DNA from: Parcubacteria bacterium C7867-001
GTDB lineage: Bacteria > Patescibacteriota > Minisyncoccia > Phycocordibacterales > Phycocordibacteraceae
DNA: 64,000 nt
Direction of reading: 5' to 3'
NCBI GenBank assembly: GCA_001189095.1
Contig: LFCK01000002.1
Span: 214,320 to 278,319 of the forward strand
The translations under genes and the position numbers were made by a program. Of the stretch, positions 46,092 through 55,529 are shown in pieces (the first letter of the stretch is position 1; the number at the start of each line of letters is the position of its first letter). Under the pieces are notes generated by a model, which was given only the letters and a program-made list of their open reading frames with translations, was not told the origin of the DNA and ran no database searches.

Positions 46092-46130
46092 ATAAAAACC
46101 GCCGGAGCGTGCTGCTCCGGCGGTTTTTAT
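46092..46130. terminator. Bidirectional terminator
   Basis: ATAAAAACCGCCGGAGC-N5-GCTCCGGCGGTTTTTAT. Confidence 0.75.
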
Positions 46131-49100
46131 TATGCTGAGTACCGTGCGCGGATTTCCTTACCCGGCCAGCGGTAGTAGAGCATCGGGATGAGGACGAGGG
46201 TGAGGAGCAGGGAGAAGGCGAGACCGAACATGATAGCGAACGCGAGCGGCGCCCAGAATGGCGAAGCGAACGCGAGCGGCACCATTCCAATGACTGTCAC
46301 GATGGTCGTGAGAAGGATAGGGCGCAGACGCGAGCCGGCAGCTTCAACGACGACGTCTTCAAGCGAGAGATGTTCTTGCTCGCGATGGATGCGCGCGATT
46401 GAGTCCATGAGAATGATGGCGTGGTTGATGATGACGCCTGCAAGCGCGATGACACCGAGCATCGAGGTGAGGGAGAGCGGTTGGCCCATGAGCGTAAGAC
46501 CAACATGCACGCCAACGAGCGAGAGCGGAATAATAAGAAGCAGGTAGAGAGAGTGACGGAATGAGTTGAACTCAAGGACGAGAATCGAAAGCATGAGTGC
46601 CGCACCGGCGACAAGCGCGATGATGAGCTCAAGGAATGACTTCGTGACGTCTTCAGATTCGCCGCCGAGCTTCATGGTGACGCCTTTGCCGAGCTTGTCG
46701 TTCGTGAACGCTTTGGCGAATTGATTCGTTGCCTCGATAGCGTTGCTGGTTGCTGCGACTTCGGCAGTGACCGTTGAAATGCGGTTACCTGCCTCGTGAC
46801 GTATAGAAGTCTGCGCCGCTTCATACGTAACGGTCGCAATTGAAGAGAGCGGAACCGGACCCTTCGCTCCCGGGATGAGAAGACTGCGCACGGCGTCGAC
46901 GGTGACATGCGTTGTGTCGGACGGATCTCGGTACTGCGGATTAAGGTCGAGCTTCACGCGCGCCTCGATATCGTTCTTGCCGGTGCGTATAGAGGTCGCT
47001 TTCGTGCTGAAGAGCGCCGTGCGGAGCGTGCCTGCAACGGTGGCAGGGGACACGCCGAGCGCTGCGGCTTTTGCGGTATCGAGCGACACAAGGAATTCGG
47101 CGCTCGCGTCTTGCGTGCTCGAGTTCATATTCACGACGCCCGGAATATCGGAGAGAACCTGCGTAGCACGGTCGGTGGTCTCCGTGAGCTCGCCAAGGTC
47201 ATCACCTGAGAAGGTGATGGTTATAGGAGAGGAGGACGGCGGTCCGCCAGACGGCTCACCTACGGTGATTTTCGCTGAGGTTACTTTCTGAAGTTCCTTG
47301 CGTAGTTCCTCGACGAATTCAGTGCTCGTCTGCTTGTGGCCTTTCGGAAGATTGATGGTGATGTTCGCTATCTGACTTCCAGACGACGGTCCTGAGAATC
47401 CGCCTGCGAACTGGCTTCCCGAACCGACAACAGTCACAAAGGATTCGATATTTTTATTCGTGTAGAGAATTTCTTCCACTTCGCGTACGGAGAGATCGGT
47501 TTCGGCGAGATCCGTTCCCTGAGGTTTCTCGATGTTCACATAGGCGTAGTCGAAGTCTTCACCGGGGAAGAAGATTGATTTCAGAAGACCGGTCGCTGGG
47601 AGCGCAAGGGCAAAGATAAAGAGTCCGATCATGAGCCAGATGAAGCGGTTCTGATTCTTTGTGTCGTGAAGGAGCTTATGGAGGAACTCTCGGTACCATG
47701 CCTGCGCAAGCTTGTTGTAGCGCTCTTGGCGCGTCTCCTCAGTTGAATGCGTGACTTTCACGTACTTGATGCAGAGCAGTGGCACCATGCCGAGTGCGAC
47801 GAAGATGGACGCAAGGAGCACGAAAATGACGGTCGAAGGAATTGAGGCTAGGAACTTGCCGACGATGCCTGAAAGGAAGAATAGCGGAACGAACACAACG
47901 ATGGTCGTGAAGGTGCCGGCGATAAGTGGCCATGCATATTCGCGTATTGCGGCGATAGCAGCTTCGCGTTTGTCACCAAATTTTAGAAGGCGGGTATGGA
48001 ATGCTTCCACCACCACGACACCCGAGTCCACCAAGATACCGATCGCGAGGATAAGCGAGAAGAGCGAAACGTTATTGAGCGAGTTGCCGAGGCCGTAGAG
48101 AGCGATGAAGGCGATAAGGAAAGAAAGCGGAATGGATGCTGCGGCAACAAGCGACTCGCGGAGTCCGAGTGTTGCGTAGAGCACGAGCATGACGAGAATG
48201 ACGGTCTCGATGCCTGCGCGCGAAAGTTCAGTGAGACTCTTGTTAACTTCTTCTGCCGCGTCATACGGGATCGTGATGTCGGTGTTCGCAAGGATGCCAG
48301 ACTGCAGTTCTTTCACGCGATCCTTAACCGCTGTTGCTGTTGCAACAATGTTGCCGCCGCGCGTTTTGAAAACAGTAAGCGTAAGTGATGGATTGGCTGG
48401 TTCGCCATCGACCGACACGCGCGAGAACGAGTGCGGGTCTTCGAGGGCGTCGACGACGTCAGCCACATCTGAGACGTGTATGGTACTGCCGCCAGGGCCG
48501 GCGATCGACACATTCGCTACATCTTCAGTAGTTGTGATGCCGGAATCGAAACGCACGGCGTAATTTACGCCGTCGACGGTGATGGATCCTGCAGGAGTCG
48601 CGACACCCGCGGACGAAATCGCGTTTACCACGTCGGAAAGCGAAAGGCCGTACTGGCGGAGCTTTGCGCTCTTTGCGATGACCTGTACCTGTCGGTCGCG
48701 AACGCCCGAAATGCTTACGGTTGAAACGCCCGTTATACGCTTCACTTCATCACTCACGTCGTCTGCGAGCGCGGTCAACTCTCCCGCTGAGAGCGCGCCT
48801 GATATGGAAATCTCGAGTATGGGCTGGTCGGCGAAGTTAACATCGGACACGGTCGGCGTGGTCGCCTCGGAAGGAAGCTCTGGCTCCGCTTTCGCTACCG
48901 CGTCTTTAAGGAGCTGAATGGATTTGTCGATGTCAGCAGAAGCATCGAATTCGACGGAAACGCTCGAAACGCCGTCACCTGAGGTCGAGGTGACCTTTGA
49001 GACATGCTCCACTGAGAGAACGTTGTCCTCGATCTTGTTCGTGATGAGACGTTCGACGTCAGCGGCGGAAGCGCCGGGAAGCACGGTCGTTACGATGCCG

Positions 49101-49234
49101 AGCGGAATCGCAATATCAGGTGTCGCTTCCTTTGGCATTGCGGTTACGGCATAGAGACCGCTCGCAATAAGCACGATCATCAAGAAGACCGTGAAGTGGT
49201 TTTTGTCTAAGAAGAAACTCCAGAACTTCGTCAT
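46130..49234 (-). CDS. RND efflux transporter permease (AcrB/AcrD/AcrF family)
   Basis: 1034 aa; PGAS..DVE..IT, AIGILVD, RLRPILLT; two large periplasmic loops. Confidence 0.95.
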   Translation of the reverse strand: MTKFWSFFLDKNHFTVFLMIVLIASGLYAVTAMPKEATPDIAIPLGIVTTVLPGASAADVERLITNKIEDNVLSVEHVSKVTSTSGDGVSSVSVEFDASADIDKSIQLLKDAVAKAEPELPSEATTPTVSDVNFADQPILEISISGALSAGELTALADDVSDEVKRITGVSTVSISGVRDRQVQVIAKSAKLRQYGLSLSDVVNAISSAGVATPAGSITVDGVNYAVRFDSGITTTEDVANVSIAGPGGSTIHVSDVADVVDALEDPHSFSRVSVDGEPANPSLTLTVFKTRGGNIVATATAVKDRVKELQSGILANTDITIPYDAAEEVNKSLTELSRAGIETVILVMLVLYATLGLRESLVAAASIPLSFLIAFIALYGLGNSLNNVSLFSLILAIGILVDSGVVVVEAFHTRLLKFGDKREAAIAAIREYAWPLIAGTFTTIVVFVPLFFLSGIVGKFLASIPSTVIFVLLASIFVALGMVPLLCIKYVKVTHSTEETRQERYNKLAQAWYREFLHKLLHDTKNQNRFIWLMIGLFIFALALPATGLLKSIFFPGEDFDYAYVNIEKPQGTDLAETDLSVREVEEILYTNKNIESFVTVVGSGSQFAGGFSGPSSGSQIANITINLPKGHKQTSTEFVEELRKELQKVTSAKITVGEPSGGPPSSSPITITFSGDDLGELTETTDRATQVLSDIPGVVNMNSSTQDASAEFLVSLDTAKAAALGVSPATVAGTLRTALFSTKATSIRTGKNDIEARVKLDLNPQYRDPSDTTHVTVDAVRSLLIPGAKGPVPLSSIATVTYEAAQTSIRHEAGNRISTVTAEVAATSNAIEATNQFAKAFTNDKLGKGVTMKLGGESEDVTKSFLELIIALVAGAALMLSILVLEFNSFRHSLYLLLIIPLSLVGVHVGLTLMGQPLSLTSMLGVIALAGVIINHAIILMDSIARIHREQEHLSLEDVVVEAAGSRLRPILLTTIVTVIGMVPLAFASPFWAPLAFAIMFGLAFSLLLTLVLIPMLYYRWPGKEIRARYSA

Positions 49235-49238
49235 GGGG

Positions 49239-50783
49239 CTAGATTGTCGGAGGGGCGACGTTTACTTTCTGTCCTTCGGAAAGTCCGCGAGCGTCAGTGA
49301 CGATGCTGGTTTCAATTGGAAGGGACGAGGTGATGCTGATGCGATCGCCAATGACGTCTCCAATGGTGACCGGAAGAGCGATGAGGCGGCCGTCAGTGCC
49401 AACGGTAAAGACTTCGCGGGAATTCGCGGAGAGCTTCACTGCGGTAAGCGGGAGGAGTACTTGAATCGTGGTCGTTGCGGTCGCTTGCTTTACGGGAGCT
49501 CCTGGAAGCGTGATGCGAACCGACTGACCGTTTAGGAGGCTAGAGGTTCCGGTCACCGCAATGCGGATGTCGATTTGCTTCGTGATCGGATCGAGTGCTG
49601 GCGAGATCTGCGTGACAAGGCCGGTTGCCTCGCCTTCAATGGCGACTTTGGTGCCGACCGCGAGCGCGGAACGGTTTTCTTCTGAAACGAACGCATCTAT
49701 TTCAAGAGCGCCATTCTGGGCAACGGTTGCAACATGCTCGAGATTCGAGACGTAGTCGCCGACATGGACCGGAAGGAAGTTAATGGTGCCCGCGATAGGT
49801 GCGCGGATGATGGTCTTTTCGTAGTTTGCCTGTGCGAGGCGGAGTGCGCCGAGCGCCTGCTTCACGGAAGCGTTGCCGCCCGTGTTTGCTTGGCTCTGGC
49901 TCTTATATGAAGCCTGTGCGCTCGCGATCGTCGAGAGAAGTGTGTTCACGGTCGAACGAGCAGTTGCAAGGGCGGTGAGTTGCGTCGCGCTTACATTCGA
50001 GCTGCGTTCGCTCGATACTTGTGCGAGTTCGGTAAGGAGCGTGGTGGTTTTTTGCGTTGCGTTCACGGCGTTCGCAAGAAGCGTGTTCGGGTCTGCGGTC
50101 GCTGCGGTTGGAAGGCTTTTTTGCCATACGTCCATCGCTTCAGCAATGGCGCGTCGTTCGCGGGACATCTGGGAAGGAGAGACGCTACTTGCGCTCACGA
50201 GGAGTTCGGGACCGAAGGCACCTTCGTCGCCGAAGAAGGTATCGACGTACTGGGAGAGTGTAGTGTCGAGTGTCGCGTAGGCCGAGGTGTATGCGTTAAG
50301 GGCGTTCGTCTTAACTTGCTCAGGAGCAACCGTCTGCGAGGCGGCGAGTGCTGCTTCGTAGGCGCCCTCTGCAGAAAGGACGGAGGCAGATTCAGTGTCG
50401 TTCTCAAGCGCGACGATTACGAAGCCTGCCGGGACGGAGTCACCAACATTCGCACGGACTGAACGGACGGCGCCTCCCGCCTGTGCAAGGAGTTCCGCTT
50501 CACTTACTGAGCGGACCGTGCCGAGAATGCTCGTGCCGGAGCCGGAGCCGGAAAGTTCGGCAACCGTTGCAACCGAGACGCTGCGGAGTCCTGCGTTTGT
50601 ATCGCTCGCTGCTTTGTTCGAGCCGAGGAGGAAGCCGATGCTGCCGAGAAGTATCACTACAAGAACGGCAATGCCGATCTGATAACGCGGACGCAGCGAT
50701 CGGTAGCGCTTATACAGCGCTCCAAGCGATGAAACAACCCGAGAAAAAAGCTGGCGTATGCCAGCAAGGATATTCGATACCAT
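49239..50783 (-). CDS. RND periplasmic adaptor (membrane fusion protein)
   Basis: TM; VGDSV..G.VIV, long helical hairpin, IRAPIAGTI..VGDYV, GLSEGQKV. Confidence 0.9.
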   Translation of the reverse strand: MVSNILAGIRQLFSRVVSSLGALYKRYRSLRPRYQIGIAVLVVILLGSIGFLLGSNKAASDTNAGLRSVSVATVAELSGSGSGTSILGTVRSVSEAELLAQAGGAVRSVRANVGDSVPAGFVIVALENDTESASVLSAEGAYEAALAASQTVAPEQVKTNALNAYTSAYATLDTTLSQYVDTFFGDEGAFGPELLVSASSVSPSQMSRERRAIAEAMDVWQKSLPTAATADPNTLLANAVNATQKTTTLLTELAQVSSERSSNVSATQLTALATARSTVNTLLSTIASAQASYKSQSQANTGGNASVKQALGALRLAQANYEKTIIRAPIAGTINFLPVHVGDYVSNLEHVATVAQNGALEIDAFVSEENRSALAVGTKVAIEGEATGLVTQISPALDPITKQIDIRIAVTGTSSLLNGQSVRITLPGAPVKQATATTTIQVLLPLTAVKLSANSREVFTVGTDGRLIALPVTIGDVIGDRISITSSLPIETSIVTDARGLSEGQKVNVAPPTI

Positions 50784-50871
50784 ATGAACGTATTATGAAC
50801 CAAGGAGGGGGTATTGTCAAAAAAGTAGTGGCACGGAGTATACTGTTCGCATACATCTCATTCCCTAATAT

Positions 50872-51459
50872 ATGAATACACAAACGATTATTGCGCTCGT
50901 CATTGCCGTCGTTGTTGTCGGCGGAGGCGTCTGGTATTTCTCTTCGATGGGCCCTCAAGGCGTGCCGAACGGAGAGGCAGGAACCTCGAACAATGGGACC
51001 GGAACACTTCAAAGTCTCATGGGGCTTACCGGCTCGATGAAGTGCGACGTTGCGACTGCCGCTGGTCCTTCGCAGTCTTCGGGAACCGTGTATATCACGA
51101 ATGGAAAGATGCGTGGCGATTTTAATTCAACGAGCGCAGCGACCGGTGAAGCGGTTATCGAGTCTCATATGATCCGCTCGGGCGGATTCATGTATACGTG
51201 GTCGAGCGCTGCTCCACAGGGCGTAAAGTTCTCGGAAGAGGCTATCGCGTCAGCGAGCTCCCAATCGAGCGGACAGGGAAGCGTGGATCCTAACGCGCAG
51301 GTCACTTACTCCTGCTCTCTGTGGGCTGCGGATGAAGCGCAATTCACTCCGCCGTCGACGGTCTCCTTCATCGACATGTCCGCGATGATGCCGGGTGGCG
51401 CGGCAGGTACGCTCCCAGCGGGCGGTACCGGATATCCTGCAAATCCGTACAACTACTAA
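50872..51459 (+). CDS. Hypothetical exported protein
   Basis: N-terminal TM; GTVYITNGKMRGDF, MYTWS, YSC..W..FTPP. Confidence 0.8.
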   Translation: MNTQTIIALVIAVVVVGGGVWYFSSMGPQGVPNGEAGTSNNGTGTLQSLMGLTGSMKCDVATAAGPSQSSGTVYITNGKMRGDFNSTSAATGEAVIESHMIRSGGFMYTWSSAAPQGVKFSEEAIASASSQSSGQGSVDPNAQVTYSCSLWAADEAQFTPPSTVSFIDMSAMMPGGAAGTLPAGGTGYPANPYNY

Positions 51460-51469
51460 ATCAGAATGA

Positions 51470-51504
51470 GAAAACCGCCCGAGGCAAAGCCTCGGGCGGT
51501 TTTC
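51470..51504 (+). terminator. Intrinsic terminator
   Basis: GAAAACCGCCCGAGGC-AAA-GCCTCGGGCGGTTTTC. Confidence 0.7.
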
Positions 51505-51527
51505 TTCAGAAAGAGGATGCTAGAATC

Positions 51528-52520
51528 GTGAGTGACATGGTGCTTGTTCGTCACTGGAAAAAAATATTCGGATGGAGCGTACTTGCGCTCGTCGCTCTGG
51601 CGCTCGCGTTCCTCCTTATCTATGCGCAACTTTTTGGTCCTGCGGATAAGACCGCGGGAACCGAGCAATTCTTCATTACTCCTGAAGACACGATCGACAC
51701 GGTCGCTACTCGACTTAAATACGAACACTTCGTGCGAAGTGATATTGCTGCACGCATTGCGCTTCTGGAGGTCGCCACCAAAGGCCTTCATGCGGGCGGG
51801 TATACGATTTCGGCGAGCATGGATACGCTCGCTATCGCCGACATTCTCGGAGAACCACCGTATCTTGCGTGGATAAAGATTCCGCGCGGTTACCGCAAGG
51901 AGCAGATTGCCACGCTGCTTACGCGCGAACTTGGCTGGGACAACGCGCAGAAGGAGGAATGGCTCGCATCCTTTAAGGGAACCTCGTTCTACGAAGGTAT
52001 CTTCTTCCCGACGACCTACCTTATTCCGACCGAAGAGGCGCCCGCACGCGTGGCCGAGCGCATGAAGCAGAAGTTTTCGGACACCTACGCGCTTCTCGTT
52101 GAGAAGTCCGCTAAACGTTCGACACCATGGCCGGAAATTGTGATCATTGCATCGCTCATCGACCGCGAGGCTGCAGGTCCCGAGGACGTGAAGCTCATCT
52201 CCGGCGTTATCTGGAATCGTCTCGCGAAAAAGATGCCGCTTGGCATCGACGCGACGCTGCAATATATAAAAGGAACGGAAGGGAGCTGGTGGCCCACGGT
52301 GCATAGCGAGGATAAATACCTCGAGTCCGCATTCAATACCTATTTCAAATCAGGGCTCCCGCCGCACCCTATAGATAATCCAAACAAGGTTGCGCTCGAA
52401 GCGGCTCTCAATCCCGCGACGACCACCTGTCTCTACTATCTCCATGACTACAAGGGCCAGATACATTGCTCGAATACCTATAAAGGACACGTCGCGAACG
52501 TGAACAAATACCTCAAATAA
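51528..52520 (+). CDS. mltG: Endolytic transglycosylase MltG (YceG-like)
   Basis: EGIFFPTTY, IASLIDRE, NRL..MPLGIDAT, FNTY..GLPP.PI.NP. Confidence 0.9.
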   Translation: MSDMVLVRHWKKIFGWSVLALVALALAFLLIYAQLFGPADKTAGTEQFFITPEDTIDTVATRLKYEHFVRSDIAARIALLEVATKGLHAGGYTISASMDTLAIADILGEPPYLAWIKIPRGYRKEQIATLLTRELGWDNAQKEEWLASFKGTSFYEGIFFPTTYLIPTEEAPARVAERMKQKFSDTYALLVEKSAKRSTPWPEIVIIASLIDREAAGPEDVKLISGVIWNRLAKKMPLGIDATLQYIKGTEGSWWPTVHSEDKYLESAFNTYFKSGLPPHPIDNPNKVALEAALNPATTTCLYYLHDYKGQIHCSNTYKGHVANVNKYLK

Positions 52521-52552
52521 AGAAGCCCCGCGCAAAGCGCGGGGCCCACTCG

Positions 52553-53428
52553 CTAGGATTCTTTTGAGAATCGTGCGTTCAGTACCATATACGTTACGGC
52601 CGTAGAATCGTTGCTGCTTAACGCTTCCTCAAACGTACGCCGTTTGTGTTCATGGCGGAACGGTGAGGTGCAGGCAGTTTCCTGAAGCGCTTCGAGTACG
52701 CCATGAGGATTCGCAAAGCGATTCATGGATCGAAGTCCTTCAAGGGTCCCGAGACGACGCAATATTTGAATCGCGCGCACGGTCTCTTTCTCCTTGCGGG
52801 CGTAGATCTTTCGTCTACTTGCTTCATGGGCGTTGATTGGCCCTGACCATGTATACGGGTGGTCGCGGAGCAGCCAGCGAGCAAAGGTGCTTGTGAATTT
52901 GCCGGCAGTGCTGCGTGTATCGCTGGGGATATTCGATTCCATCTTTTCTGGATCGAAGAACCCAAGCAGCTGTTCGAGGAATTGCTCTCCGGATTTGTCG
53001 TAGGTTACTGGAGACCAGGTGTCCACGAGGCCGCCACCATAGAAGAGCACCTCTTTTTCGCCTTCTTCGTCTTTCTGTGGCTCGAAATAGTACTCGCCAA
53101 GCATCTTCCATGCGTACTGTGCGATGAAGGTACGCAATTCGTTCCCTCCAATTTTCCACTCCCGTTTGTCCTGAAGCGGTGACGTGAACCGTTCGGGGTC
53201 ATCCGTTTTGAAGTAGTCATATTTGGCATGGCCGTACGCAAGTTCGAGGTAGAAGGAAAATGCGTCGCAAGGATTCTCGGGTTGTATCCGTAATCCGTAC
53301 GAAAGCAGTCCGAGCATTTCTTCCGCTGTCCGAGCGCTCTCGAACCGTTCTTTCCATTCGCTCCAGTGCCGTATTGGTTCAAGTACGCGACCCATGAGCG
53401 GGTGCTTCACTCCAATAACCGTGTCCAT
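52553..53428 (-). CDS. Hypothetical protein
   Basis: 291-aa ORF with purine-rich SD-like leader; downstream of the ferritin-like gene. Confidence 0.7.
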   Translation of the reverse strand: MDTVIGVKHPLMGRVLEPIRHWSEWKERFESARTAEEMLGLLSYGLRIQPENPCDAFSFYLELAYGHAKYDYFKTDDPERFTSPLQDKREWKIGGNELRTFIAQYAWKMLGEYYFEPQKDEEGEKEVLFYGGGLVDTWSPVTYDKSGEQFLEQLLGFFDPEKMESNIPSDTRSTAGKFTSTFARWLLRDHPYTWSGPINAHEASRRKIYARKEKETVRAIQILRRLGTLEGLRSMNRFANPHGVLEALQETACTSPFRHEHKRRTFEEALSSNDSTAVTYMVLNARFSKES

Positions 53429-53490
53429 GACTGTCCCTTTCTTTTCTTTGGTTAGAGAAGGTCCCCGAGCAGTCGCTCGGGGACCTTTGG

Positions 53491-54018
53491 TTAAGCGGTG
53501 AGACCGAGCGCTTCAAGCCCAGCTTCATGCTTTCCGCGGGTGGCTTCGAGTGCCTCAGCGCCAGCCATCCGGCTGAATGCCTCAGCGTGGAAGACTTCCT
53601 GCGGGAGGATCTTAGCGAACACGTCGCGGATATCCGCAGGCGTATTCGGGTGATCCACGATAGCGCGGATGCGCACGAGCCGCATGTGCTCAGCGTGCGC
53701 CGCAACGGCAGCGCCGGTGCGGAACGATTCGATGCCGGGGAGCGTCTGCTCCCAGTAACGCTCGTTCTTGTCGAGCACTTTCGCTTCGATGCCGCGAGCA
53801 TGCAGCAAACTAGCGACCCAGTTTGCATGATCTTCTTCTTGGCTCGCGATGACTTCGAGGATGCGAGCATGCTCGAGGTCTTCGCAGTATTCGCCAGCGA
53901 AGATGCGGATACGGCCTGCGGCCGTGACTTCACCGTGATACTGCTTAGTGAGCCAGTCCACCATCTTCTTGGAGTCCCTGAGGACGTTCTCAAGCCAGAT
54001 GCGCGTACGGTTATTCAT
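53491..54018 (-). CDS. Ferritin-like di-iron four-helix bundle protein
   Basis: GE..A...EEDH and AE...EVFH paired E/ExxH motifs; SD AAAGGAG. Confidence 0.85.
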   Translation of the reverse strand: MNNRTRIWLENVLRDSKKMVDWLTKQYHGEVTAAGRIRIFAGEYCEDLEHARILEVIASQEEDHANWVASLLHARGIEAKVLDKNERYWEQTLPGIESFRTGAAVAAHAEHMRLVRIRAIVDHPNTPADIRDVFAKILPQEVFHAEAFSRMAGAEALEATRGKHEAGLEALGLTA

Positions 54019-54107
54019 GGCGGTTCTCCTTTTCTCAATGAACGCCTGTCTTCGATGATAGGGTAGTGGTAAAAATTTAGTATATATGTTTATATATATT
54101 CATAAAC

Positions 54108-54869
54108 ATGAGTAAGCTTACAACCACCCTCGAATCTCTCGGCCTCACGAAAAGCGAAGCGCGTGCCTACGAGGCAGGACTCGCACAAGACAGCTGCTCC
54201 ATCGAGCGGTTGAGTCGCGTGCTCGGCATGAACCGCGCAACGCTTTATCACGCACTCTACGAGCTCGAAAAGAAAGGACTCGCACGCAAACGCACCGAGA
54301 ATGGAAAGTTATTGGTGAGCATGGTGCGTGAAGAAGGACTTCGTGCATTTCTTGCGGAAGAGGAACGCTCGCTTGAAGAGCGTAAAGAAGCGATTACCTC
54401 CATCATTGAACGTTTGCCAAAGCCGAAAGGCGGACCCACGCTTCCTGACGTTGAGTATTTTTCCGGTATGGAAGGAATATCCATGGCGCTTGATATCGCG
54501 TTTCGCGCGAAGAGTAAGCGCTGGGATGTCATTGCTCCTAAGACCAACTTCTTCTCGGAGGCCGATGAGGACTTCGCCGAATTCTATCTCCGTGAGCGGA
54601 AACGACGCGGGATCGTCGCTCGCTCTCTGTGGGAGAAGACGGAAAAGAATATCCGCGTGAGTCAGGAAGTCATGAAGGAGCGCCGTCCGCGCTATCTTCC
54701 GCAGGCATACAACGGCCGTTTCAAAGGAATCGTTATCTTGTTTGATACGCGTGTTTTGTTCGTCTCGTCGTTTGAGGAGAAGCAGGCAATTCTTATAAAT
54801 TCCGAGGATATGCACTCGACGCTTTCCGTGATGTTCGATAGCTTGTGGAGCGCAAGCGAGGAGTGTTAG
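54108..54869 (+). CDS. TrmB-family HTH transcriptional regulator, divergent from the ferritin-like gene
   Basis: LESLGLTKSEARAY...MNRATLYHALYELEKKGL; VEYFSGMEGI. Confidence 0.85.
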   Translation: MSKLTTTLESLGLTKSEARAYEAGLAQDSCSIERLSRVLGMNRATLYHALYELEKKGLARKRTENGKLLVSMVREEGLRAFLAEEERSLEERKEAITSIIERLPKPKGGPTLPDVEYFSGMEGISMALDIAFRAKSKRWDVIAPKTNFFSEADEDFAEFYLRERKRRGIVARSLWEKTEKNIRVSQEVMKERRPRYLPQAYNGRFKGIVILFDTRVLFVSSFEEKQAILINSEDMHSTLSVMFDSLWSASEEC

Positions 54870-54921
54870 TTGTTGACGCGTGGATATACGCGTGTAGTAT
54901 CGCGGCAGAAAGGAGTCTCGA

Positions 54922-55470
54922 ATGGGACACACATATATTTGGCCGCTGCCGGGACATGCTGTTCCAGTCGCGGTCGGCCCCGGTCACCCGGGCGCTTTCG
55001 GAGCCGTACGTAAGCACGACGTCCATACCGGCGTCGATCTCTATGCTCCAGAAGGTCAGCAGGTTGCTGCGGTTGAGGACGGAGTCGTTACGGCTATCGA
55101 TGAATTCTTCACGGGTGGCGCCGACACGCCGCTCGATGAAGACGGCGAGCGGATATGGCTTCAGACGGCTGCGATCTTCATCGAAGGGGCGTCCGGTGTT
55201 CTTCTTTACGGAGAGGTCGACGTTGCCCTCGGCGTTTACGTCGGCAGAAAGGTTCACGCGGGCGGAACCATTGGTTTCGTGAAGCGCGTTCTCAAACCGA
55301 AAAAGGATGGGCGCCCGTATGGCAATCCGATGAATTCGCCAACCATGCTCCACTTCGAGCGGTATGCGAAGGGCACGACACGCGCGGTCTTCTGGAATCT
55401 CGGGGAAAATCGTCCCGATGAACTCCATGATCCGACAAGCATCCTGCTCGAAGCATCGAAGTCTTTATGA
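54922..55470 (+). CDS. M23 peptidase-like protein (divergent)
   Basis: HTGVDL..PEG..VAAVEDGVV; MLHFE in place of HLHFE. Confidence 0.75.
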   Translation: MGHTYIWPLPGHAVPVAVGPGHPGAFGAVRKHDVHTGVDLYAPEGQQVAAVEDGVVTAIDEFFTGGADTPLDEDGERIWLQTAAIFIEGASGVLLYGEVDVALGVYVGRKVHAGGTIGFVKRVLKPKKDGRPYGNPMNSPTMLHFERYAKGTTRAVFWNLGENRPDELHDPTSILLEASKSL

Positions 55471-55529
55471 TACCTGAACCGCGGCGCTCTGCGCCGCGGT
55501 TTTCCTTTTCCGCGCTATACTGCCCTTCG

